Positions 6,765-14,641 are shown, numbered from the stretch's first letter. The stretch is DNA of 18,900 bases from Candidatus Iainarchaeum sp. (GCA_028713935.1 JAQTNI010000025.1:1-18900); one strand, 5' to 3'. Notes: generated from the sequence alone by a model not told the origin. Made by a program: numbers and translations.

Positions 6765-6785
6765 TAATTGTTTTAATTAAAAAGC

Positions 6786-6837
6786 TTTTTCTCTAAAGAG
6801 AAAAACCTTGGAAAAAGAGTCTTTTGCTTCGCAAAAG
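6786..6837 (+). promoter_or_regulatory. Two small hairpins in the 232-nt grpE-dnaK spacer: TTTTTCTCT-AA-AGAGAAAAA (6786-6805) and CTTTTGC-TTC-GCAAAAG (6821-6837)
   Basis: The stems are perfect, 9 bp and 7 bp, read directly from the sequence. The second hairpin contains the TTGCTTCGCAAAAG motif also found at 563-576. Confidence 0.35.
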
Positions 6838-6889
6838 AATTCATCAATATGTTTTTGAATACAATAAAAAAAATTTTGGATGTGGTGGA

Positions 6890-6994
6890 ATGAAAAAAAA
6901 TTTTGGGGAAAAACTGGAAATGCCAAACCCTTTTCCGGGAGACATTGATGATTTTGTGCCTGGCTCGCCTGACAGCCCGTTTGGAGGGGAGTAA
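6890..6994 (+). CDS. Possible 34-aa upstream small ORF ([34 protein letters not shown]) ending 2 nt before the dnaK ATG
   Basis: Its ATG at 6890 overlaps the TGA of a 14-codon ORF (6849-6893) in an ATGA arrangement. Its stop, TAA, is at 6992-6994. The dnaK SD, GGAGG (6983-6987), lies within its 3' end. It is below the ORF-track length cut-off and could be fortuitous. Confidence 0.2.
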   Translation: MKKNFGEKLEMPNPFPGDIDDFVPGSPDSPFGGE

Positions 6995-6996
6995 AA

Positions 6997-8868
6997 ATGG
7001 CTAAAGAAAAAATCATTGGAATAGACCTGGGAACCAGTAACTCTGCTGCTGCTTTTTTGGAAGCTGGAAAGCCAAAAATTATTCCAAGCTCTGAAGGCGC
7101 TTCTGTTTATGGAAAAGCCTTTCCAAGCTATGTTGCATTCACAAAAGAAAGCCAGCTGATTATGGGCGAACCTGCAAAAAGGCAGGCAGTGAGCAATCCT
7201 GAAAGGACTTTCACTGCATTCAAAAGAAAAATGGGGACAAATTTCAAATACCAGATTAATGGCAAGGAATATTCTCCGCAGCAATTAAGCGCATTTCTCC
7301 TGCAAAAAATCAAAAAAGATGCGGAAGAATTTCTCGGGGAAAAAATTGAAAAAGCAGTAATCACAGTGCCTGCTTATTTCGACGACAACCAGAGGCAGGC
7401 AACAAAAGACGCTGGAAAAATTGCAGGCCTTGATGTAGTGAGAATAGTGAACGAGCCGACAGCTGCAAGCCTTGCATATGGCTTGGATAAAAAAGGCGCA
7501 GACCAAAAAATACTTGTTTTTGATTTCGGAGGGGGAACACTTGATGTCACCCTAATGGAATTCGGGCAGGGGCTTTTTGAAGTGAAAAGCACTTCTGGAG
7601 ATACGCAGCTCGGCGGAACAGATATGGACAATGCCCTTGTTGAATTTGTTTCAAAAGAATTCAAAAAAACAGAGGGAATTGACCTTGCAAAAGACCCAAT
7701 GGCAATGCAAAGAGTGAAAGAGGCAGTTGAAAGGGCAAAAATAGAATTAAGCTCTGTAATGGAAACAGAAATAAACCTGCCATATGTAACTGCAACAAAA
7801 GAAGGCCCGAAGCACCTGGTAATGAAAATTACAAGGGCAAAATTAGAGCAAATAGTTGAACCAATAATCAAAAAATGCGAAAAGCCAGTTAGGCAGGCGC
7901 TTGCAGACGCAAAACTAACCCCTACTGACATTACAAAAGTGATTCTAGTAGGCGGGCCAACAAGAATGCCGGCAGTGCAAAGATTTGTAGAATCAATTGT
8001 CGGGGCAAAGCCTGAAAGGGGAGTAGACCCAATGGAATGCGTTGCAGCAGGCGCAGCAATACAGGCAGGAGTGCTTTCAGGCGAGGTCAAGGACATTCTG
8101 CTCCTTGATGTAACGCCACTGACTTTGGGAATTGAAACTCTTGGAGGAATAAGAACTCCTTTGATTTCAAGGAACACTACTATTCCAACAAGAAAAAGCC
8201 AGGTTTTTTCAACGGCATCGGATAACCAGCCAGCAGTTGACATTCATGTACTGCAGGGAGAACGCGAAATGGCTTCAGACAACAAAAGCCTTGGAAGATT
8301 TCAATTAACAGGAATAGCGCCTGCGCCAAGAGGAATGCCGCAGATAGAAGTTTCATTTGACATTGATGCAAACGGCATAGTGAATGTAAAAGCAAAAGAC
8401 CTTGGAACAGGAAAAGAGCAAAGCATACAAATCGTTGCCTCTTTGAAACTTTCAGAAGAAGAAATTGAAAAAATGAAAAAAGACGCTGAAGCGCATTCAG
8501 AAGAAGACAAAAAACGCAAAGAAGAAATTGACATAATAAACCAGGCAGACGCAGCGCTTTACAGCGCGGAACAGACAATTGAACAATTCAAGGACAAAAT
8601 AAGCCAGGAACAAACAATAAAAATCACTGACAAGTTAAATGAACTCAGGGATTTGCTGAAACAAGAGCCCAAAGACGCAAAAAAAATAAAGGCAAAGCTT
8701 GAAGAACTGAACAAAACACTGCAGGAAATCGGAAAAAACATTTACGCAAAAACAGGAAAGCCCGAAAACAGCCATGGCAATGAAAATGATGCAGGGCCAG
8801 ATGAAGAAAAAAATAAAAAAAGCGGAAAAGGAAAAGTAGTGGACGCGGACTTTGAGGAAAAAGATTAA
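6997..8868 (+). CDS. dnaK: Molecular chaperone DnaK (Hsp70), bacterial type
   Basis: Hsp70 signatures are [75 protein letters not shown] and [14 protein letters not shown]. An SD, GGAGG, precedes the ATG. The ATPase domain lacks the ~23-aa insert typical of Gram-negative DnaK ([26 protein letters not shown]). Confidence 0.98.
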   Translation: MAKEKIIGIDLGTSNSAAAFLEAGKPKIIPSSEGASVYGKAFPSYVAFTKESQLIMGEPAKRQAVSNPERTFTAFKRKMGTNFKYQINGKEYSPQQLSAFLLQKIKKDAEEFLGEKIEKAVITVPAYFDDNQRQATKDAGKIAGLDVVRIVNEPTAASLAYGLDKKGADQKILVFDFGGGTLDVTLMEFGQGLFEVKSTSGDTQLGGTDMDNALVEFVSKEFKKTEGIDLAKDPMAMQRVKEAVERAKIELSSVMETEINLPYVTATKEGPKHLVMKITRAKLEQIVEPIIKKCEKPVRQALADAKLTPTDITKVILVGGPTRMPAVQRFVESIVGAKPERGVDPMECVAAGAAIQAGVLSGEVKDILLLDVTPLTLGIETLGGIRTPLISRNTTIPTRKSQVFSTASDNQPAVDIHVLQGEREMASDNKSLGRFQLTGIAPAPRGMPQIEVSFDIDANGIVNVKAKDLGTGKEQSIQIVASLKLSEEEIEKMKKDAEAHSEEDKKRKEEIDIINQADAALYSAEQTIEQFKDKISQEQTIKITDKLNELRDLLKQEPKDAKKIKAKLEELNKTLQEIGKNIYAKTGKPENSHGNENDAGPDEEKNKKSGKGKVVDADFEEKD

Positions 8869-8875
8869 AACTGCC

Positions 8876-8904
8876 TTTTTCTTTCTTTTGAAAAGAAAGA
8901 AAAA
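8876..8904 (+). terminator. Perfect 14-nt-arm inverted repeat TTTTTCTTTCTTTT-G-AAAAGAAAGAAAAA immediately after the dnaK stop; terminator/attenuator-like
   Basis: The arms are 8876-8889 and 8891-8904, starting 8 nt after the TAA at 8866-8868. The T-rich left arm also resembles an archaeal oligo-T terminator. Confidence 0.4.
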
Positions 8905-8994
8905 TGTAAGTTGCCAAAAAGAAAGAAACCTGAATCTTTGGTAAACAGAAAATGAAAGTTTGCAGCCAAGAAAGAACAAGATTCAAGAAAAAAA

Positions 8995-9666
8995 GTGCAT
9001 GCCATGCCCACTCACAAAATTGAACGGCTTTTTCGCGGCAGAAAACCGCGCTCATTATGGGGCGGAGCAGCAAGAAAAGAAAGAACCCAATATAAAAATC
9101 TCTCAGGTGCCTTGAAGAAAAAAACCAGGATGTCAGAGCCAAGCGAGGTATTCAGGGCAGCCACAAGATTTGAAGGGGATTCCGGGGGCCCGCTGCTATG
9201 GTGCTCCACATTATTCAATGAAGCGTTTATTCAAACAGCATTCAGTGGAAAAACCAGGAAAGTTATGCGACAGTTTATTCTCACAAGCGAACTTACGCCA
9301 AGATCCAAAAGGTATGCAAAATTTGCGCGTTCACTTGGGTTGAATTTTCCAGAAAACAGTTGGCCTCTGTTTAGAAGGGGCTCGGAAAAAAGGCAATTGC
9401 TTGAAAATGCCTTGAAAGCAAAACCGAAATGGGGGGGGCAATTGATGAAGCGATTGCTGAGGCAAATTGCAGATGCCAGGCAACAATATGAAGGGGCAAT
9501 GAAAAAAGCATATTCAGCAACTTTTTCTGTTGAAGCAGCCAGCAAATATCCTGAAACTGCGACCACATTGCGGCACGGGTTGCTGGGTGCTGCAAGTGGA
9601 ATTATTGGGAATTTAAATGAATTAGAAGGAATAATAAAAATTTATCAGAAAGAATATCCAAGGTAA
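8995..9666 (+). CDS. Hypothetical protein encoded between dnaK and dnaJ; unknown family
   Basis: The ORF is 223 aa from GTG 8995. Alternative starts are ATG 9004 and ATG 9127 (MSEPSEV). It ends 4 nt before the dnaJ ATG. It has a basic N-terminal region, contains the string GDSGGP (9175-9192), and has a helical-looking C-terminal half. By eye it looks more G/C-rich than its neighbours. Confidence 0.55.
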   Translation: MHAMPTHKIERLFRGRKPRSLWGGAARKERTQYKNLSGALKKKTRMSEPSEVFRAATRFEGDSGGPLLWCSTLFNEAFIQTAFSGKTRKVMRQFILTSELTPRSKRYAKFARSLGLNFPENSWPLFRRGSEKRQLLENALKAKPKWGGQLMKRLLRQIADARQQYEGAMKKAYSATFSVEAASKYPETATTLRHGLLGAASGIIGNLNELEGIIKIYQKEYPR

Positions 9667-9670
9667 AAAC

Positions 9671-10795
9671 ATGCCTGAAAAAAAAGATTATTATGAAGTG
9701 CTTGGCCTGAAAAAAGGCGCTAGCATTGAAGAAGTTAAGCGTGCCTACAAGGAACTTGCAAAAAAATTCCATCCAGATTTGAACAGGGAAAAAGGCGCAG
9801 AAGAAAAATTCAAGGAAATCCTTGAAGCATACCAGGTTCTTTCGGATTCTGAAAAAAAAGCAAATTACGACCAGTACGGGCATGCATTTGAAGGCTTCCA
9901 GGGATATCAGAGGCCGGAAGGGTTTGGAACAGGCGGAGTTGATTTTGACTTTGAAAACATTTTCAGCAATATTGGCGGATTTGGAGAATTCGGGTTTGGC
10001 GACATTTTTGGGGAAATGTTTGGGCAAGAGCAAAGGCAGAGAAAAAAAAGCCGGGGCTCGAACATCCGGATGGAACTTACGCTTTCTTTTGAAGAAGCCG
10101 CATTTGGAACAGAAAAAGAAATTACAATTGAAAAAATTGAAAATTGCAAGGCATGCAAAGGAACAGGGGCAAAAGATGGCGAATTGGCAAAGTGCAGCCA
10201 ATGTGGGGGCAGTGGGAGAATAAGACATGCGCAAAGAACTCCTTTCGGGGTATTTGCAACTGAAACAGCCTGTTCAAAATGCCAAGGCACAGGAAGAATT
10301 GCAAAACGCAGCTGCCCAGAATGCAAAGGCGAAGGCAAAATAATTGCAAGAAAAACACTCAAGGTAAAAATTCCCGCAGGAATTGACAGTGGAAATCATT
10401 TAAGGTTAGAAGGAGAAGGCAATGAAGGAACAGCAGGAACAGGAGACTTGTACATAATTATTTTTGTTGAAAAGCACAAGCTCTTCAAAAGGGATGGAAC
10501 AGACATTTTCACTGAAATTCCAGTCAGCTTTGGCGAAGCCGCACTTGGGGCAAAAATTGATGTTCCAACATTAAAAGGCGAAGTGACATTAAACATTCCG
10601 GCCGGAACGCAGACCGGGACAATTTTCAGGCTTCACGAAAAAGGAATTAAAAAACTTGAGGCCAGGGGCTTTGGAGATGAATTTGTAAAAGTAATTATTG
10701 AAACCCCGAAAGAATTAAGCAAAAAAGAAAAAGAATTGTTTGAAGAATTAATGAAAGAAGAAAAATCAAGGCAAAAAAGAAAAGGCTTTTTTTGA
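9671..10795 (+). CDS. dnaJ: Type I Hsp40 co-chaperone DnaJ
   Basis: It has a J-domain with HPD (DYYEVLGL...KKFHPDLN), a G/F-rich linker, four CxxCxGxG zinc-finger motifs ([32 protein letters not shown]) and a C-terminal substrate-binding domain. Confidence 0.97.
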   Translation: MPEKKDYYEVLGLKKGASIEEVKRAYKELAKKFHPDLNREKGAEEKFKEILEAYQVLSDSEKKANYDQYGHAFEGFQGYQRPEGFGTGGVDFDFENIFSNIGGFGEFGFGDIFGEMFGQEQRQRKKSRGSNIRMELTLSFEEAAFGTEKEITIEKIENCKACKGTGAKDGELAKCSQCGGSGRIRHAQRTPFGVFATETACSKCQGTGRIAKRSCPECKGEGKIIARKTLKVKIPAGIDSGNHLRLEGEGNEGTAGTGDLYIIIFVEKHKLFKRDGTDIFTEIPVSFGEAALGAKIDVPTLKGEVTLNIPAGTQTGTIFRLHEKGIKKLEARGFGDEFVKVIIETPKELSKKEKELFEELMKEEKSRQKRKGFF

Positions 10796-10816
10796 GCGCT
10801 TCAATAAGGCGTTAAT

Positions 10817-11932
10817 TCACTGTGCGCGAAGCGTACAACAATATATATGGGTAATAGCGCCGGCCCCATTAACATATACACTTGCAACAAACGAATTCGG
10901 AATATTGTCGCCGCAATTAACCCATTTACTGGATTGATTCCAGACAGGGACATCCCAGCAGCCCCCGGTATTAACAACAGGAATAAAGTCTACTTCTGTT
11001 GCCCCGATACAATTTGTGCAAGTAAGATCATTTGCTGAAGTTGCGGCTCCGCCTTCAGAAGAACTGGCGGCATAATTAAAAGCCACCTTCGCGCTAGTAA
11101 TCGCATTATCAGCAATCTTAAGATTAGTAACTGCATTGGTAGCAATTTTGCCAGTAGTAACTGCCTCAGCATTAATTTTGGATTCAGTAACCGAATTGGT
11201 TCCAAGACACGTTGAAGTAATGCCGCCTGTTGCAACAGAAAGCGTTACATTTCCACTAGTGCCGCCGCCGGACAAACAGGTTCCAGCAGAAACACCAGTA
11301 ATATCACCATTGCCACTGCTTGGCCATGCATTTCTGCAATCATTGCCAATGCACAACTGAGTTCCCTTAATGTTTCCAGAAACTTCAAGCTTTTCGCTTG
11401 GGCTAGGCACTCCAATGCCAACATTGCCTGGTATGATCATTCCATCAGCTGGCGCTTCCGTTGTAGCAGCATAAGTGCCAATTGATAAACCGCCATTAGT
11501 GTTAAGCTGCAATTTCTGCACTCCATTTAACCAAGCAGCCAGCCCATAATTCGTTCCAATAACATCTACTCCCAAGTCAACATAATTTGTCCCCGCGTTT
11601 CTTGTCAGCCTAATCTGCCCAGTATTCCCAGCATCCAATACTTCCAATTTCTTGCCAGGACTTGCTGTTCCAATGCCAACATTCCCGCCATTATAATAAA
11701 TGGAAGTTCCGGAAGTAGTCCACTGGCTTGAACCAGTTCCAGCAGTTGCACATTCCCAGCCAGTAGCAGTGCTATTAAGCTTCAAAAACTGGTCAGCAGC
11801 ACAGCCAACAGGCGCCTCAATAGAACTAATCGAATGCCCGGGATTTGGAAATGCAAAAACAAAACCAAAAAGTAGGCAAACGAAAAACAAAATTGTAAAA
11901 CTTTTTCCAAAAAAACCAAACAAAAAAACCAC
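10817..11932 (-). CDS. Secreted tail-fibre-like repeat protein (paralog A)
   Basis: A 371-aa ORF starting at GTG, with no in-frame ATG available. The Sec-type signal is MVFLFGFFGKSFTILFFVCLLFGFVFA|FPNPGHS. Motifs include GTGSSQW, IYYNGGNVGIGTASPGKKLEV and GNVGIGVPSPSEKLEVSGNI, which resemble phage tail-fibre/endosialidase-chaperone-type proteins. AVTxxKIAxx decapeptide repeats and a Cys-containing C-terminal domain follow. Confidence 0.8.
   Translation of the reverse strand: MVFLFGFFGKSFTILFFVCLLFGFVFAFPNPGHSISSIEAPVGCAADQFLKLNSTATGWECATAGTGSSQWTTSGTSIYYNGGNVGIGTASPGKKLEVLDAGNTGQIRLTRNAGTNYVDLGVDVIGTNYGLAAWLNGVQKLQLNTNGGLSIGTYAATTEAPADGMIIPGNVGIGVPSPSEKLEVSGNIKGTQLCIGNDCRNAWPSSGNGDITGVSAGTCLSGGGTSGNVTLSVATGGITSTCLGTNSVTESKINAEAVTTGKIATNAVTNLKIADNAITSAKVAFNYAASSSEGGAATSANDLTCTNCIGATEVDFIPVVNTGGCWDVPVWNQSSKWVNCGDNIPNSFVASVYVNGAGAITHIYCCTLRAQ
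11078..11221 (-). repeat. About 4-5 tandem 10-aa (30-nt) repeats, [NS]AVTxxKIxx, in paralog A
   Basis: The repeat sequence is ITSTCLGTNSVTESKINAEAVTTGKIATNAVTNLKIADNAITSAKVAF. Confidence 0.7.
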
Positions 11933-11969
11933 CAGCCAAAATCAACAATAAATTAAATTTGCCTGCCTA

Positions 11970-11997
11970 AATAAGGGTTTGGGAATATATAAATTTT
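11970..11997 (-). promoter_or_regulatory. Conserved upstream module shared by both paralogs (+strand AATAAGGG-N~12-TAAATTTT; on the coding strand an AAAATTTAT-type BRE/TATA-like box followed by CCCTTATT)
   Basis: AATAAGGG is at 11970-11977 and ATATATAAATTTT at 11985-11997. The same arrangement occurs upstream of paralog B at 14642-14670. Confidence 0.3.
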
Positions 11998-12126
11998 ACT
12001 TTTAAAAAATTTTTGGCTTAAAAACAAGGCAACTGGCTCTTTTGCACAAAAACAGTTTTAATGCAAAAATCCGGGCATTGCAAATCTTTAAATTCAAAAA
12101 AGGCTTTTACTATAACAGTGAATTGA

Positions 12127-12672
12127 TTGAATTACAAAATTGCACTTGGATTTTTCTTTGTCGCACTGGCATTGTTCCTGGCCGGATGCACAGCAAGCGG
12201 CTTTGACTCTGAATTTTCAGAATTAACTGATTTGCAGCAAAGATACAATCTTGGAGAACAGCTTGCGCCTGCAAGGCTCCAGGACCTCAATGCATTCAAG
12301 GCAGAATTGAACAAAATGAAGCAGAAAACAACTGACTCCGCATTCAGCTCTTTTCTGGATGCAAGGATAAGCTCTGTTGAAATAATAGAAAACCTTTTGA
12401 TGGCAAGCCTTGAAATGCAACGCGTAAATCCAATTGACATTGATTGCGCTTCAAACGGGCCTCTTTCAAAAGGAAAAGGCCTGCTGGAAAAAACAATTAA
12501 AAAAAGTGCTTCAGCAAAAGCAAGAATTTCCGCCTTTAAAGGCAATTATTCCCAATATGCAGACAAAATTGAAAAAGCCGGCTTCAGCGAGGAAAGAATA
12601 ACTGATTTGGAAAAAACAATAAAAGCACAATCAGATTATGCGCAAGCACTCTGGCTTGAAAACTGCCCATAG
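12127..12672 (+). CDS. Putative lipoprotein (lipobox L-A-G-C), helical extracytoplasmic domain, unknown function
   Basis: A 181-aa ORF starting at TTG, because an upstream in-frame stop leaves no ATG. The N-terminus, MNYKIALGFFFVALALFLAGC|TASG, matches the lipobox pattern [LVI][ASTVI][GAS]C. Confidence 0.65.
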   Translation: MNYKIALGFFFVALALFLAGCTASGFDSEFSELTDLQQRYNLGEQLAPARLQDLNAFKAELNKMKQKTTDSAFSSFLDARISSVEIIENLLMASLEMQRVNPIDIDCASNGPLSKGKGLLEKTIKKSASAKARISAFKGNYSQYADKIEKAGFSEERITDLEKTIKAQSDYAQALWLENCP

Positions 12673-12707
12673 CAACAATTAAAATTTGTTTTTAACCTGA
12701 TTTTTTC

Positions 12708-13328
12708 ATGGCTGCAAAATTAATTGCACAAGGCGCAGAAGCAAAACTGTTCATTGAAAACCAGGGAGAAGAAACAGTTCTTGTAAAGGAAAGGACTCCG
12801 AAAGAATACAGGTGCAAAGAGCTTGACCAAAAAATACGGCGCGAAAGAACAGCCCTTGAAGCAAACCTCCTGAGAAAGGCAAAAAGCATTGGCGTAAACA
12901 CTCCAAATGTGCTGGAAACATCCAAAGAAGAATCAAGAATAACAATGGAGTTCATAGAGGGAAAACGCGCAAAAGACGTGCTTGGGGAAAAAAATTTTGA
13001 AAAAACCTGTTTTGAAATAGGAAGAAACATTGGCAAGCTGCATTCCTACAATATTATCCACGGAGACCTTACAACAAGCAACATTATGCAGGGCAAAAAA
13101 GAAAAACTTGTTTTCATTGATTTCGGATTGGGCTTTCACAGCAAAAAAACAGAAGACAAGGCAGTTGATTTGGTGGTATTCAAAAAAACCTTTGAAGCAA
13201 CACACCACGGATTAATGCCAAAAGCATGGGAATTAATACTTGAAGGATATGCAAAAGAAAACAAGGCAGAAACAGAACAAGTCCTGAAACAAATAGAAAA
13301 AGTGGAAAAACGGGGCAGATACCACTAA
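12708..13328 (+). CDS. bud32: Bud32 / Kae1-associated serine/threonine kinase (KEOPS complex subunit)
   Basis: Motifs are IAQGAEAKLF, KERTPKEYRCKELDQKIRRERTALEANLLRKAKSIGVNTP, HGDLTTSNIM, VFIDFGLGFHSKKTEDKAVDLVVF and a C-terminal EKRGRY. ATG 12708 lies about 25 nt after an AT-rich box, which is consistent with a leaderless transcript. Confidence 0.93.
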   Translation: MAAKLIAQGAEAKLFIENQGEETVLVKERTPKEYRCKELDQKIRRERTALEANLLRKAKSIGVNTPNVLETSKEESRITMEFIEGKRAKDVLGEKNFEKTCFEIGRNIGKLHSYNIIHGDLTTSNIMQGKKEKLVFIDFGLGFHSKKTEDKAVDLVVFKKTFEATHHGLMPKAWELILEGYAKENKAETEQVLKQIEKVEKRGRYH

Positions 13329-13428
13329 AATTCAAGGAAAAAATCTTTGGTTTTTTTCAATAATTTATTCCCTTTATTTTTGCCTAAAAAACACTAAAAC
13401 AAGGCAAACACCAAAAACACCCAGAAAA

Positions 13429-14616
13429 CTAGTTAGAATTAACACAGCCTACTCCACAGGTATTGCCGCCATAGACTTCGATTTGCCAATTTCCCCCGAC
13501 AAAACCGTCAATATCACATCTTCCTGACCCATCAACCTGGGTAAGAAAGCATATAAAAAAATTGCCCAAAGGATATGTTCCGTCTGCATCAAAATTCCCG
13601 GCAGTGGTAGCCCAATTAAGCTTTGAAGTTGTAACAGCGCCATCTGCAATCTTGGAAGTATCAACTGAATTTGCAGCAAGCTTATTGGAAGTAACTGCCC
13701 CATTGTTAATTTTAGTTTCAGTAACAGCATTGCTAGCAATCTTAGCGCTAGTAACCGCACTACTTGCAATTTTGTCAGTAGTAACTGCCCCAGTATTAAT
13801 TTTGGATTCAGTAACCGCACTACTTGCAATTTTCATACTGCCAACTGCACCATTTGCAATCTCTGATGCATTCACCGCATTGGCCTGAATATGGCTTGAA
13901 GTAATACTGTCTGATGCAACCTCAAGATTTGCAGTTCCGCCAGTGATACTGCTACTTATAGTGCCGCCTGTGCTAGTAATCTGAGTAATGCCGCCGCCGC
14001 CAGCCGCAGCTGTTGTCTGCTTTGTGCCGTTAGGAAAAATCAATCCATTTCCAGTGCCAGTAATCTCAATGTTTCCAGCCACAACCAGTTTTTCCGTTAC
14101 GCCAGTCGTTGTGCCAATCCCAATATTTCCGCTGCTGGTTATGATCATGTGGTCTGCATTTCCGCCGCCAAGGTATAAATCATTTGGAGTGCTGTCAGTG
14201 CCAACATGAATTATTCCTTTTGTAGTCCCAAGCGTGCTGTCAGTAAATCTAATGGTATTGTAAATTTTCGCATCGTAAGCCGCATAAATAACACCAGTAG
14301 CATAAATCGAACCATTCACATTTAGCCTGTAATTTCCAGGCGCATTCGTTCCAATTCCAACATTTCCACCAGTATAATAAATCGGTCCAGGATTAGTTCC
14401 ACTCCACTGGCTTGAACCAGTTCCAGCAGCAGCACAAGCAAAACCAGCAGTGCCGCCAACCAAAGTCAAAAACTGCCCGCCAGGACAACTAGCCTGTTCA
14501 AGCTGAGCCAAGCCATGCCCGGGATTCGGAACAAGAGCAAAAACAAAACCAAAAAGCAGGCAAACAAAAAACAAAAACGCCAAACCTTTTCCAAAAAAAC
14601 CAAACAAAAAAACCAC
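13429..14616 (-). CDS. Secreted tail-fibre-like repeat protein (paralog B)
   Basis: A 395-aa ORF starting at GTG. The signal is MVFLFGFFGKGLAFLFFVCLLFGFVFA|LVPNPGHG. Motifs GTGSSQW, IYYTGGNVGIGTNAPG and GNIGIGTTTGVTEKLVVAGNI are present. About 9-10 decapeptide repeats follow, and the Cys-containing C-terminal domain differs from that of paralog A. Confidence 0.8.
   Translation of the reverse strand: MVFLFGFFGKGLAFLFFVCLLFGFVFALVPNPGHGLAQLEQASCPGGQFLTLVGGTAGFACAAAGTGSSQWSGTNPGPIYYTGGNVGIGTNAPGNYRLNVNGSIYATGVIYAAYDAKIYNTIRFTDSTLGTTKGIIHVGTDSTPNDLYLGGGNADHMIITSSGNIGIGTTTGVTEKLVVAGNIEITGTGNGLIFPNGTKQTTAAAGGGGITQITSTGGTISSSITGGTANLEVASDSITSSHIQANAVNASEIANGAVGSMKIASSAVTESKINTGAVTTDKIASSAVTSAKIASNAVTETKINNGAVTSNKLAANSVDTSKIADGAVTTSKLNWATTAGNFDADGTYPLGNFFICFLTQVDGSGRCDIDGFVGGNWQIEVYGGNTCGVGCVNSN
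13618..13911 (-). repeat. About 9-10 tandem 10-aa (30-nt) repeats, [NS]AVTxxKIxx, in paralog B
   Basis: The repeat sequence is DSITSSHIQANAVNASEIANGAVGSMKIASSAVTESKINTGAVTTDKIASSAVTSAKIASNAVTETKINNGAVTSNKLAANSVDTSKIADGAVTTSKL. The 23-mer GTAACCGCACTACTTGCAATTTT occurs twice on the + strand. Confidence 0.8.
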
Positions 14617-14641
14617 CCTGAAAAAATTGAAATTGTATCTT

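Noticed and set aside
6091-6996. CIRCE (TTAGCACTC-N9-GAGTGCTAA) or other HrcA-type operator upstream of grpE or dnaK
   Set aside because: I scanned both spacers by eye and found nothing resembling the CIRCE half-sites. The window also contains no hrcA-like gene.
7374-8243. 289-aa antisense ORF inside dnaK
   Set aside because: Long antisense ORFs opposite hsp70 genes are a well-known compositional artefact. The sense frame is unmistakably DnaK.
8635-9142. Minus-strand ORFs of 114 and 165 aa across the dnaK 3' end and spacer
   Set aside because: They are phenylalanine/leucine-rich and low-complexity, generated by A-rich sense sequence (the Lys/Glu-rich DnaK tail). They have no motifs.
9602-10234. 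210-aa antisense ORF overlapping dnaJ
   Set aside because: The translation is low-complexity and F/C/K-rich, and it lies opposite an unambiguous DnaJ J-domain, G/F and zinc-finger region.
11909-11928. Two A7 (coding-strand T7) homopolymer tracts in the first 10 codons of each fibre paralog (also 14593-14612) as phase-variation switches
   Set aside because: A/T homopolymers of 7-9 nt are common throughout this AT-rich window, including in housekeeping genes and spacers. The tracts are therefore not distinctive evidence for slipped-strand phase variation.
13618-13911. 30-nt periodic array as a possible CRISPR or non-coding tandem repeat
   Set aside because: There is no repeat/spacer alternation. 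The periodicity sits in frame within a long ORF and encodes a coherent decapeptide repeat. A collinear shorter array exists in the paralog.
10817-14616. Diversity-generating retroelement (template/variable repeat) explanation for the shared 23-30-nt identical blocks
   Set aside because: The window has no reverse transcriptase. The identical blocks encode conserved motifs of paralogs rather than a variable region with adenine-specific mismatches.
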